The position numbers were made by a program, and so were the translations under genes. Below the pieces are notes generated by a model. That model saw only the letters and a list, made by a program, of their open reading frames with translations, ran no database searches and was not told the origin of the DNA. Positions 28,309 to 41,205 of a DNA stretch of 64,000 bases are shown here, piece by piece. Position 1 is the stretch's first letter; each line of letters starts with the position of its first letter. The DNA comes from Paramecium tetraurelia (Eukaryota). The stretch is from positions 62,001 to 126,000 of the forward strand of contig CT868042.1 of the NCBI GenBank assembly GCA_000165425.1, read 5' to 3'.

Positions 28309-29644
28309 ATGAAAGTGAAATCAAGAATTTAATTACGCTTACCAAAACACTCTGGACATTTACAAACAGAGGCAAGTTAAGATTAATTGTAGTCTACCAA
28401 TGACACTAGATTCAAAGGGGATATGACTTGCAGATAAACTATGAGAGCAAAGAATGCCATAAAGGAAGCTCTGATGATCCAAAATATAAAATTGGCATTT
28501 CAAGAGGAAATGGATAAGATTAAGGAGGAGATAAGGAATCCTGAGAAGTAACAATAATTGATGTAAGTGTTTATTATGGTAATGTAAGTACTGAGATGTT
28601 ACAATAGAATAGAGTTATCATCTAAAATGCTCTAATGCAATTAAACCAATTATACTTGGAACGGAAGGATAGAGATTAGGCGATTAAAATAATCAATGAG
28701 ATAAGCAATCAAGTGTTGAAATCTAAGATCCCAGGTATGATCAGAAGTAATAATAGACTTGAAAATATTCATTCACCTTAAATTGGCGAAGATTGTGTGC
28801 AGTTATAAATTGCTCTACTTTAGCATAATCTTGGCGAAAATTGTAAAGAGGATGTCTGATAATGAGCACCTATTAAAGTATAAATTGCTGGCTTACAAAC
28901 TCTTGGGGATTTGTTTTTTTAAATTAAGGAATCGACAGTCTAAAATTTACTTTACCAAATATTTGATGTGCAGTTGGAAATTGCATAAGAAGAATCACGA
29001 ATTGAAAGCATACGAGTATTTGGGGAAGTACTACTTCTAGGAGGGAGATGTAGACAAGGCCACAGCCTTTCATGAGAGAATGGTAAATGGAGCCATTTTA
29101 GTAATATTTCCAAATAAAATAATTTAAGTTACCTCATTCATCTTTGAGAGTGTTGGGCATCAGGAAATTGGAACAGGGATCAATTGGGAAGGGCAAGAAA
29201 AATTATGGATTGGTAGAATATCATGAAATTAATGTTTCTAGTGATGCAGAGGGGTTTGAATTGGTATTTAATGATGACGATACTCTTCCCAACAAGGTTG
29301 CAATTCAAAAGATGGATCAGGTGGTTCAGAATGGGCAGAGGCAGAGTCTCATCAATTACCCTATCAGAAAGACTCTCATATTCTAGCATAGGAGTCTGCA
29401 TCTATTGGACAATAAGATCAAGACTCGGAACACACACCAGTTGCCAGTGATGTTGAATCATCTGAGTCCCAATAGGTAATTGGTGAACTACTAGTTTCTG
29501 GAGTTGAACAAGGCAGTTCCCAATTACAAACAGACTCAGAACATTGATCCCTATTTTGAGAAAAAGGATACTCAAAGCATTGCCAGTTTAATAGTTAAGC
29601 TATCTCGTGTTTTGGAATAAGTGGACATTTGGATTAAATTATGA
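28309..29644 (+). CDS. Hypothetical helical / TPR-like protein
   Basis: ATG at 28309 opens a long code-6 frame. TPR-like segments 'KLLAYKLLGICFFKL' and 'ELKAYEYLGKYYFQEGDVDKATAFHERM'. Short introns; TGA at 29642. Confidence 0.65.
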
Positions 29645-29663
29645 ATATATAATTATTTATATA

Positions 29664-30106
29664 ATGGAAAAGCTATATATTGAGCAGATCACTAAATAGC
29701 AGGAGCAGATCGACGAACAGTTGAAACAAGCTCAAAACCAGTAATGTAGAGATTGAGATCAATTTAGATGTTGAGTATGTTTCATCTAAGTTGGATGACA
29801 TTCTTAAATTTCAATAGCAGGAGAATTCAAATTTGCAATCATCGAAGCAATTGACTTTGCCGATTGAAGAATTGGTGGCGTTATCAAAGGAATTGGATGG
29901 GAGGTTCTAGAGATCGATTAGGTAACTTCAGATGAAGTAGGTATGAATTGTTGAGTAGATGAGAGGACTAATTGGAGATTGAGTAGAGTTAATGGAAGAA
30001 TTAATTGAGAGAGAAGGAGCAGCAGCAATTGTTGTTGTTGGAATAAGAGAAGGGTCAGATTGATAAGTAATTCAAGGAAAGATTGAGGACTATTCATATG
30101 AAATGA
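29664..30106 (+). CDS. Small coiled-coil hypothetical protein
   Basis: MEKLYIEQITKQQEQIDEQLKQAQN..., E/Q/K/L-rich, with GT..AG mini-introns. TGA at 30104 is immediately followed by an AT-rich spacer. Confidence 0.5.
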
Positions 30107-30125
30107 ATTTATTAATATAATTATA

Positions 30126-33100
30126 ATGGGTCTTTTGAGAAGATTGTCTTAAATATTCAAATCAGAAGCTCCTTAGACTAATAATGATCATTTGCATGAG
30201 AATTAACAGTACTCAAAGAAGGTATGAATTTTCTAACTATAGATTGTACTGGAAAATGGGGAGAGTGTAAATGTCAGAGGAAATGAAAATCAATTTAATT
30301 TAGTAAAAACTAGTAGATACACATTAACAAATTGTTTATACGTCTTGATAATTAAATTTTTTAAGCGATTTCTAAATTTGTACTTATTTGTCATCAACAT
30401 GATATAATTAGACTATAATTATCTAATTTCACTTCTGTTAACATTTACTATGCATATGATCATTGAATTGTACTTTGACTCTTAAAAACGAGAGCGTGAT
30501 GAAAAAACAAACTCTCGCTAAGCCACTGTGTTTGCTGACTTAAAAAAAAGTGTATTAAATGTGGCTTCTTCAAAATTAATTAAATAAGGAGGAAGGAAAT
30601 CCATTAATCAAAATATAGTTGAACATGAAAACTTGGTTAATAACAATAATTACCAGAAGGACATTTGTATGAGAAAGGTTAGTATAGATACAGTCCCTGG
30701 AAGATAGGACAAATAAACTAGAATTCCTCTATTTACAATGAAGAGATGGGATTAACTTCAGGTTGGAGATATCATTTATTTAAAAAATAATGAAATATGT
30801 CCAGCTGACGTATTAATTCTGGATATGGGTTAATCTGCTAGCATGGCTAGTAATACTGTAATGAGTGGCAATACCAATGAAGTTAGAAAAAGAGCATGCC
30901 CTTTAACCACTATATCCAAAGAACATAATGTTTAGTTACTTGATTATCGCACTATTTTGAATGGTGTTATAAGATACGATCAAACTGACTCTGATTAATA
31001 TTATAAAGGTATGGTAAAATTGAAGAAGGATCCCAAGCCATTGGAAATAAACAAAGAAAACATCTTCTTCAGAGAGCAATTACTCCTAAATGACTTGTAC
31101 TTGTTTGGAGTCATTCTCTCTGTTGGTCTTGATTGCAGATGCTATAAGTCATTTAAACATGTTGAAAAATATGGCTACTTTGAATAAAAAGCGAATTTAT
31201 ACTTCTTTATAGCCATACTCTCTTTAGTGTTGCTAAGTGTAATTTAATACACTATTGAATATTATGGTGAACTTAATTACCTTATTGAATTTCCATTGAT
31301 CAAATATTCAAACTTATTGCCTTTGTATTTCTATTTTCTGATTGACCTACTCTACTTTACATAAATGTTGTACAGCAATTACTAATTCCAAAAGGAGAAG
31401 GGAATCTCTAAACATTCACGCCAAGATTACAACCCCTTATAAGATAATTATCACAAGAATTTAAAGCATTTGCAAATAAATTATTCCCCAATTTCCAATT
31501 TATCATTGATCAACCATGTTTTGATAGATAAAACTGGAACTCTGACAACTCCTTCTTTCAAGATCAAATGGATTTTCATCTTTGATTCCCTCTATAAATT
31601 AAGATATAGATCATTTGCAGAAAAGGAATTTCAAAATGCCATTTAATAGACTAAAATGAGACAGGAATTAAATTAACCAATAGATGAGAGAGCAGAACCT
31701 GAATCCTCTCCAGTGATCAAGTGTAATAATGAGGAGGTGAATTTCAAATTGGAAGACTTAGATGATGATCATCCACCATATGATGAATTACATCGGACTT
31801 AGCCTCCAAGATTCAGACCAGAATCTCAAATAAGCAGTCAATTTGATTAAAGTGCAGAGGGAGCATAAATCTAAAAGCAGTCTCAGCCAAGAGGTAGCAG
31901 TTTAATTGTTAACAGCCAACATGAAAGCAAAAGATAGTTGACTTTACAAAGAGGGAGCTAGAAGTTTCATGCTCCTAGAATCCCATCAAATTTAGAAATA
32001 GTTTCAGAAGTCGAGTTTTCTGGTAATGAAATCACTTTGATAAGGAGAATTCAGGACAATGAATTTAAGCCTCATTATTTTGAAGCAATGTTTGCTTTAG
32101 TGTTATGTCAGAATACAAGATCATTATATTAGAAAAGTGATGACTCGTTCTTTTATGAATATAGTTCAGAGTTAGATAAACAATAATTGCATTTGTGCAA
32201 GCACTACGGTTTTAGATTCATTTGTAGAAGCAAATACGAAAATCAAATCAGATATGTAATTTAAGATGGAGAAGAAATTCATCTAATTGATGTTATGTCA
32301 TTACACTCATTTAATTCTAGGAAATTCAGTATCATTATCAGATTGCAAGAGGAATTATGCAACAAGTTGGGTCTAGAAAATGATGATTCTCAATATTTAT
32401 AATATTTAAGAGATGACAGTTTAGATATGATAGGTTGTTTATCTTTGGAAAAGGATTAAGTGGCCAAACTAGATCTAATGATTAAGGATATACAAGTCTA
32501 AGGTAGCAGACCAGTGTTATTTTATAGAAGTTTAATGACTGAAGTTTAGATGTAAACTTTTATTAAGGAAGCCAATAAATTACTGGATATTCAATCAAAC
32601 AAAATTGAATTCATGCATGAGTATTAGTTTTTAATGCATGAATTTGAAAGGAATTGCGATCTGGTAAGTGTGATAGGAGTTCAAGAAAAGATCAATAAAC
32701 ATGTGACTCCAACATTAAATGGGATTAAATAATTAGGCATCCCATGTTGGTTGGTTAGTGGAGACAACTATGAGAAGGTATTGCCAATAGCATTTAGAGT
32801 CTAATTGCTTAACTCAAATGACACTGTTGTTCACATCTAAGCGAAAACGCAAGATGAATTATTCCTATAATTAAAGCAATAGTTACAAAATTTAAGTGGT
32901 TAATTAAGATCCCATTCAAATAAGAAGGAATTAAGGCATTCAGATACTTTGATTCACAAAAAAGGATCATTTACTTGTAGCCCTAGATGGATTTCAGGTG
33001 GATAAAAAAATCTACATATTCGATAATTTTAGATTATTATAAATGGGGAATCTTTGGAATAGATCTTAAGAGATGCTTATTTGAAGAAACATTTTTAATT

Positions 33101-36100
33101 TCTATTACAATTTACATCAAATTTCATTGGGTATCGGATGACACCATAATAAAAGTCAATTTTGATTAAATTGTTAAGAGATAGGAAGTTGAATTATAAA
33201 TTCATATTGTCAATAGGAGATAGTTTTAGTGATATCAATTTATTCAATCATTCAGATTTTACAATTTAGATGCAATCCCAAAGATAGATATTTCCACATG
33301 ATAAGAACAACTTCGAAGAACTCTAACATGGAAGAGTATCAATAAAACAATTGGATTAGGAATCACAATTCTGTACCCACAAATAAGATCATGGCTTTAT
33401 TGAACCCTTATATAACAATGACGTCTATATAAAGGAGTTTGAATTGATCCACAGAATGATAGCGTTGGATTCCAGAAGATCTGCGTTGTATTTTGAGAGA
33501 ATTCTTATATTTGCTTTATTTAGAAGTTTTGCTATAATCTACTTGGTGTGTGTGACATAACTGATTCGAAAATAACTTAATGTGATATCCACAGATTATC
33601 TTAAATTTCATTCTAATATATTTTTTCTACTCTCAAGTTCCTTTATCATAAGTGAGATAAGTGAGAAGGTTGAACCTTGCAATCATAGTGAGTTCTTGTA
33701 TTTTGTATTTAAAAATAATTAATTAGAATTAAACAACAATAAATTCGGTAAATACATAACACGAATTACATTATTTCCATTAATCCAAGCATTGCTGATC
33801 AATCTATACACTGAATATACGGATCTATCAATTCACGATGGATTTATCATGACCTCTACTGAGTTAGGATCAGGCTTATTTCTATTATTACTCATTGTAG
33901 ACACTATAAAATTGGTTTAGAGAAAATATATCACTCAGAAATAGTCTGTATTCAACATTGGCCTAACCTTTGGACTATATACTTTGATTTCTCTTTAATT
34001 CGATTCAATTTCCATCATCTATAAATGGGCAGCATCAATTTAAACCCTATTTTCATTCATATTCATTGTAGCCATCCACATCATTGTTAATTTGGCACTC
34101 AATTATGTGAATAGACCATTCTTTATGCCCCTCGTCATACAGACAAGCAACGAGTATGATGAAATCGTTAAAATATACAATAAAATCTCAGGGGATGTAG
34201 CCAGATAAATTAAGTTACATAGAGCTACTATAGAGAAAATATCGTATTATGCGAGGAAACTCTTTCATGGGGACGAAGACATGGACCCAATCATAAAGCA
34301 GATGTTGAGTGGAGCATTTGCAGATGAAACAGAAAACTCAATCAACTCAGTCACTCTGAGATTCAAATCATAGTTATTATAAAATAAGTTTACAGAGGAT
34401 AATCTCATTTATATAGTTAGAACCTATAGAATTATAGTTGCAATTACATTTTTATTCTATGAGATAGCTATTTATACGATTATAATATTAACAATGGATA
34501 ATTTCAACTTCACTTATTGGACTGATTACTTTTATGTTTCAATGTTCGGAGTGCTACTGTTGCTCGTATTATTTTGTTGGTCTCGCTACTACAAAGTGTA
34601 TTTCTTTGAAGTCAACTTCATCATATTGTTTATTAGATGTTCCTCGATTATCATTTGGCTCTTCAATCAAGATTAATCTGTAGGAGAGATGAACCTGAAC
34701 ATGTTACAATTAAGTTTATCAGTCAATATATATCATTATCAAGAATAGCCACTCATCAGTTAAGTGTTCTCTGCCATTTATGTGATCATATATCTAATCA
34801 AGAAATCTGATGAGGATGATGTCTATATTCTGATCAACCAATACGTCATGAGCATTGCATCATTGTTCCTCTTGGTTGTAACATTCAGAAGAATCATTCA
34901 CATATTTTTGGAAGTCTTTCTAGGCAGGATTAATATGAACAAGGAGAATTAAATAATGAGTGACATTCTCTCTATTCTACTCCCTCAATTTATCAGGGAT
35001 CGTATCAATAAAGCTGGTCAATATGATATTCAGGAAGATTAAGGTATGGTGGCTGTTTTGTTTTGTGACATCATCGATTTTGATCAACTAATAAAGAATG
35101 AACAATCCAATGTGGTTGATATATTAGACAAGTTATTTAGAAGATTTGATTTACTTTGCTAACAACATGAAGTCTAAAAAATTGAGACTGTGGGCAAAAC
35201 CTACATGGCTGCAGCAGGACTCAAAATTCATATGAGTTAGAAATCTAATCCAGTTAATAAAGTGATCTCTTTGGCATTAGATATGAAACGACATGTTATG
35301 TCAAATGAAGTATTTTAAATTAAGATTGGTATTCATTATGGGAATGTCATTGCTGGAGTCATTGGTCATCATAAACCATAATTCAGTCTGATAGGTGACA
35401 CCATCAATACAGCAAGTAGAATTTGTTCAACAGCTGAGCCTTGGGATATAGCCATTTCTGAATAAGCATATAGATAGACTAACAAATTTGAATTGGTTTA
35501 TGTTTAGAGAGATGTTGTGGCAAAGGGAAAGGGAAAATTGATTACCTATGTAGTTAACACCAAGAGAGGAGGCAAGTAAAGAAAGCAAACAATCATGATT
35601 CAAAGACCTCCCAAACATCCCTTTAGAGATCCAAAGGAATATTATAATCTTGATCAACACAATTCAAATTTAATATCAGATAATGGAGCTGTTACTAATA
35701 AGGAAGCACAACCCCTTATAGCCATGATCGAGGATCCATAGCCATTGATTCTTAACAAAAAGCAAAAAAGTGAGATTTACAATTATGTAACCAAAACATC
35801 AAAGCAAATAAGTATTGAGAGTCCAAATAAGTCAAATCAATAATAAATAGTGTTTTAATAATCTATAGTTTAATTTGCCTTAAATTAAGGTGGAGGATCC
35901 TCTAAAAATTATGCTTCCTAATCCATAGTTGGAGGCGTTTAATCTTAAGGGTATGATGATCGACACCAAAAACATCAAGACCTAATATAATTGTTAGAGA
36001 AGAAGACTAAGTGTGAGTTAAATGTCTCTGATTATCAATTAAATATGGAGTACCATGTTGAGAAGGATAAAATAAGGGCTCTATACAGTGTTGATGAAGA

Positions 36101-37444
36101 TGCTCAAGGCTAAACCTTATTATTGACTCTAAATCCAAAGAAATTGTATCTAGATTTTAATGAAGATATCACTGTAACACTGGAGTTTTATGAGTTTCTA
36201 TCTTCATTATATAGACCATTTGCTATTCAATATCTATTGACAATAGGGTCATGTGTTTTAATAAGTTCAGTGTCTTGTGTGAGCTTGAATCGATAGATAT
36301 TCTTGGCCAATCTAATAACTGGAGTATTTGTGGGTCTAGTACACTTATTATTGTGCACTCTAATACATAAGTACGAGTCCTTTTATAATGTGATATACTT
36401 CCAAATTTTGGCATATATGTTGCTGGGAAGTTACGCTCTGGATTGTTTTTTAATTACTGATCATTATGAAATTTAGATAGCCAAAGGGATCATATATTGT
36501 TTAAGTGTTCTTCTTAATAGAATTCTTCGACATCAACATAAGTTAGTATATCTGGTTCTCTTCTTGGGAGTGACAATTGCAGCCATCGTGGTGAATGATT
36601 GGCCATGGAGTAGATTCTACTATTGTGTCATAATATCGATATTCGCCTTTTGTATTCAATTATTCATGTTTTTGAAGAATGTCAACTCATATAATGTCAA
36701 CAAATAATTAATCGAAAAGTCAATCAAATACTAATTTTTATTGAATTATTTATTGCCTAAAAATGTATAATTAATTTATCTCTATCAAACAGGTCCTTGA
36801 AGAGTTTTTCAGGCCAAATGAGGAGAAACGAGTATTAAGAGAATAGGCAGACGAAGTAACCTTGCTATTCGCTGATATTGCTGGTTTTACAGAGTATTCA
36901 AGCAGTGTACAACCTGAATAAGTAGTGAATATGTTGAGAAACCTATTTACTGAATTCGATAAAAATTGTCTTTTGCACAACGTCTTCAAACTCTACACAA
37001 TTGGAGACTGCTATGTTGTGATGGGCATGGTGGATTATGGCAAAGGAATCTAAAGAAATCCATCCCAAGAAGCAGTCAACGTTGTCAGAATGGGTTTCGC
37101 GATGATCGATGCAATCAGAAGAGTCCGAGCCCACATCAACCATCCTACCTTAGACATGAGAATCGGAGTCCATACTGTACTTTGCTTTATATTTAACTTC
37201 ATAGGGATCCATCATTGGGGGTGTTCTAGGGACTGAGTTAGTGAGGTATGATATCTATGGACCTGATGTTTTGATTGCCAACAAGATGGAATCCAAGGGA
37301 GCCAAAGGGTTTGTCTAGGTGTCACAAGAGACAAAGGATATCATTGAAAAGGAGTTCCCTGATCTTTTCAGATTCGAGTATAAGCAATCTATTGAATTTG
37401 AATCTATCGAGAGAAGCACGTCGGGTTACTTTGTTTATTAATGA
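30126..37444 (+). CDS. Bifunctional P4-ATPase-like / membrane guanylyl cyclase (alveolate type)
   Basis: ATPase half: 'NLVKTSRYT', 'WDQLQVGDII..NNEICPADVLIL', DKTGTLT (31527-31547), 'WLVSGDN', 'LSIGDSFSD'. Cyclase half: two transmembrane clusters plus 'VLFCDIIDF..KIETVGKTYM..KPQFSLIGDTINTASRI' and 'LFADIAGFT..KLYTIGDCY..RYDIYGPDVLIANKMES'. Confidence 0.95.
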
Positions 37445-37530
37445 TTAACTAATTAATTGTGGTTTATTGAATTCAGTTTTATAGTTAAATAGGGAGAGAT
37501 ATTGTTATTAGGTAAAAAGGAGAATCATAA

Positions 37531-37899
37531 TCAATCCAGTAAGAAAAAGGGACTGTTTGAATTCCTTGGAATATAGGTTACATTCTTTCTTAATAGTCGA
37601 CCGACACTTGAATTCAATACTCCTCTCTCCTAAGTGTTGATCATAGTCTCTAGCAGTATTTAGCTCTTTTGTTTTCTTTCTTTCCAATACTCTTATTCTT
37701 TTATCAACGGATCGGTTTTTGTCCGCACTCCAAGACTGTGCAGATACTTCACGATCTCCACCTCGGTCTGATAGTCTTTTTGGTCCATATAGTATTCGAT
37801 CGAATCATTCAATTCACTTCTCGTCATGGGACTACTCTAGGTCGAACTAGAGCTCAGGAGACTCACCACTGGATTTGAATAAACATAAGTTGGCTTCAT
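37531..37899 (-). CDS. Small hypothetical protein (122 aa)
   Basis: Uninterrupted code-6 frame MKPTYVYSNPVVSLLSS...RNSNSPFFLLD-TGA, with GC content above the flanks. Confidence 0.55.
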
Positions 37900-38778
37900 G
37901 AAATCTTTCTATACCAGAGTAATTTTAATTAAAAATATAATTTTTTTGGCATTTCTCAATTCAACATTTATATTTGAAATGATTATTGATTATTATTCAC
38001 TGAGCATCACTCCCAATTTTGAATCTCACTTGAAGTATTTTATCGAGACAATTTAGAATCTATTCCTATTGACTGCGCAATTCAACTTGAATGCTGCTTT
38101 TTTTAATTTTTTTGAATTAATATATCCTTTTAATAAGAATTAATAATTTAACAGTTGGGATAATACGTGTTGATTTTATTAAATTTACAATATTGTTATC
38201 AATTATTATCAATTCGTATATAAGAAATATTAAATTGAGGCTATCGAATTTTCTAACAACGCAATTCTGTAAATTATTCAATCCATAATTTCAACTTAAA
38301 TCAAATTACTGATCTCATCCAATAAATGACATGTCTCGGAATGAGATCAAATTTGTATGCATTATGTATTCAAATTTTTTGGTTTTCATTAAATCACCAT
38401 AATATTGGTAGTTAATTTAATTACTAATAACGCAATTTGTATTAATTTTATTAATTGAACTGGAATAAAATAAGGATCTCCTAAATTCATTGTTTATATT
38501 CAATAGCTCTTTCAATAAACATATAATAATGATACACAATTCTTAATTATCACCTATGTGGCTGCTTTTGAAAACACATTAAAATTTAGAATGGCTATAT
38601 AATTTCCTTCCCAAAAATAATAAAGGATCTATCCTTAATGTTATTTCTAACTTCAATCGTAATATAACAACTCACAAGAAAATCTGTTGTTATACAAGAT
38701 TCTCAAGATGTCATCAATAGAATTCAACAATTAATTATAATAAATCTGTAAAAATATATAAATTTCTATTTATAGAGA

Positions 38779-39845
38779 TCACTATTTTCCATAGAGCTTA
38801 TTTTTGATTAGATATTACTTCAAAACAGTCGGGCAATCCGTCATCATACCGTGACAGCCAGTCTTAAGAGCTCTCTCATATTCCTTTTCATTATTCAAAA
38901 CCCAATAGTATACGAAGATCCCTCTTTTGTGTAAATGATTGAATAATGGCTTTGATATTAAACCCAAGAACCAAATGAAATTATGACTTTAATATTTTGG
39001 AATTTAAATTACAATAACATTTGCTAAATCTTCTCCGAAGTCGAATTTGCAACTTAAAGTTTCCACTAGTAAAAGTCATCCGTATACATAGGTGCTTACA
39101 TTGAATCATCTGGAATATCGAAGAAAGGTAGAAGACCTGTCAAATAGAGAAAGTACACCTTCAAAATTCCTTCAACTGTGAAAAACCTGGGGATTGCAGG
39201 ATTAATTGATTTCAGCAATTCATTTTACTTTTAAACTATCATTATATAAATTGTGCAATACATCTGGCCCCCCATATGATTGTATCCTGTCTTTAATACT
39301 TCAGAATAAGATCATTTACGATTTAAACAACTTCTGGATCTGGAGTTTTGATTTCGATATTAAGTAAAACATCAGGGAACTTTTTAAGAACATCCTCGAA
39401 CAAAGGCAGATAAGCAGTTTTACAGGTTGAAGTTGAAATGTAATCATTAGGAGCAAAATCTAGTCTGACTCTTTCTAGGAATTTGGGTAAGTCAGCATAA
39501 TTATACTCTTTGACATGTGCTTACACACCGCACATTCTTAATAATGAGGAGTCATGCAAAACTACAATCTACTTTATTTATCACCTGTACCTTCTTGTCT
39601 TTAGTCATGCACAAATCCATTTCTAAACAATCTGTACCGAGGTCATAGGCATGTTAAAAGGCTTGCATAGTATTTTCTAAATTTTCACGACATCCTCCTC
39701 TATGTGAAATATGAAGGATGCTTTTTCTCTGAAGATATTTTTAATATTTTGAATGCCTAAAGACATTCTTCTTCTTGTATGGGAAAACAAAAAATGTTAA
39801 TGACAAAGCCCAATATCCAATGAATCCATAGAATAAGTAATTCAT
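38779..39845 (-). CDS. Glycerophosphodiester phosphodiesterase (GDPD1/GDE4-like)
   Basis: N-terminal hydrophobic segment; 'ISHRGGCRENLENTMQAF'; 'LEMDLCMTKD..IVVLHD'; 'NIEIK'; C-terminal 'YYWVLNNE..GCHGMMTDCP'. Confidence 0.9.
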
Positions 39846-39874
39846 TATATTAAATTAATTATATTTTAATTGTC

Positions 39875-40107
39875 TCATAGATAATATCCGAAATCAATGA
39901 CTGTTACTTTGATATCCAATATCTGATTCAATGATGCGAATTCAATTATATTAGTTTCCTCACTGTTAATGATAAAAAGATAATAATAATAAGTTTAAAG
40001 GGAATTAAAAACACTTATTTCATAAATATCAGATTCATCCTCTAAATGATAGAGAAGGAAATATAGATATAACTCAATATTATTTAATTTCGAAATTATT
40101 ATTGCAT
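39875..40107 (-). CDS. Possible very small hypothetical protein
   Basis: ATG at 40107, a 32-nt GT..TAG intron, then an open frame (KDESDIYEISVF...VTVIDFGYYL) to TGA at 39875. Confidence 0.3.
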
Positions 40108-40154
40108 AGATTAAAATAGTTTATATATTATTTTTAATAATATTAATATATAAA

Positions 40155-41138
40155 ATGGCAGAAACAAAAGAAGAAGTTAAAGCGCAACCAAAAGTGTATT
40201 AATACGCAGACTTAATTGAATTCGAAAATAAATAGGCATTCAGCTCAATAGGCAAAATGCCTATTTCTACAAAGCAAACCCTACCATGTTACAGTTTCGG
40301 TTCTGCTGAACGAGCCAATCAAGCAAAGCTTTATCACAATAAAGAACTAGCAAGAATTGATTTTGCAGGTACTAATCTAATTTAGTATTCCAAGGAAAGG
40401 GAAGTCCTGGGCCTATTTATAATGTACGAGGAGGAGATCAGTATTATTATACAAAAGACGCAGAAACAAAGTTTGGAACAGACCCACGTAACACTCTGAA
40501 TACAGGAGCCAAATTTGATTACTATCAAAGGAAGGATGTCGATGTAAAAGAGTTTTGTTATATTAAAGTTTGAACCTCAAGAAGCTGATTTAGTAAGAAA
40601 GACCAAGGCTCCAAATGTCAAAATTGGGTTGGAATCAAGAGTACTTTATCTCTCACTATTTTACAGTTTCCCCCTGAGAAAAGACTGAAAGGAACCCCTG
40701 GTCCTTAATACGATCCAGCCATTAAACCTGAGGTTCCAACTCCTCCTCAGTTTTCCTTTGGGTATAGAAGAGACATCCCAGGAGCATCGGCATTGGCTCC
40801 GACATGTTCCACTCCTGTGATCGTTGGACCAGGAGCGTATTTACAAAAGGCTCCTGCCAATACAAGCAATTTGGAAGATGCTGCTCATTGGACTATTCCA
40901 AAAGGTCCTAAGATTGGCAAGATCTTTGAAGGCTGGGACAAGAATCAAACATACGATACTAAATAGTAAACTTAATAAGATAAAAAGGATCGCCGTGGGT
41001 GTGTAAGTGAATTCTAAAAAGAAATCATATCCTGCATTCAGTGTTGGAAAATCGACAAGGGAAGCCAAAGTGGGACATTTTAAATAGTTGATGGTCAAGG
41101 TTCCTTCAAAGGTGCATATTCCTCATCCTAAAATTTGA
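40155..41138 (+). CDS. SHIPPO/STPGR-repeat (ODF3/CIMAP1-like) microtubule-associated protein
   Basis: Repeats 'SPGPIY', 'TPGPQY' and 'VGPGAY', with 'P.(Y/F)SFG' and 'PAFSVG..TR' linkers. Four mini-introns; TGA at 41136. Confidence 0.8.
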
Positions 41139-41205
41139 TTATTAAAATACAAATGAGAAAGATTATATAAAACTCTAAAGTTATTTATGTATATATATTT
41201 AATTA

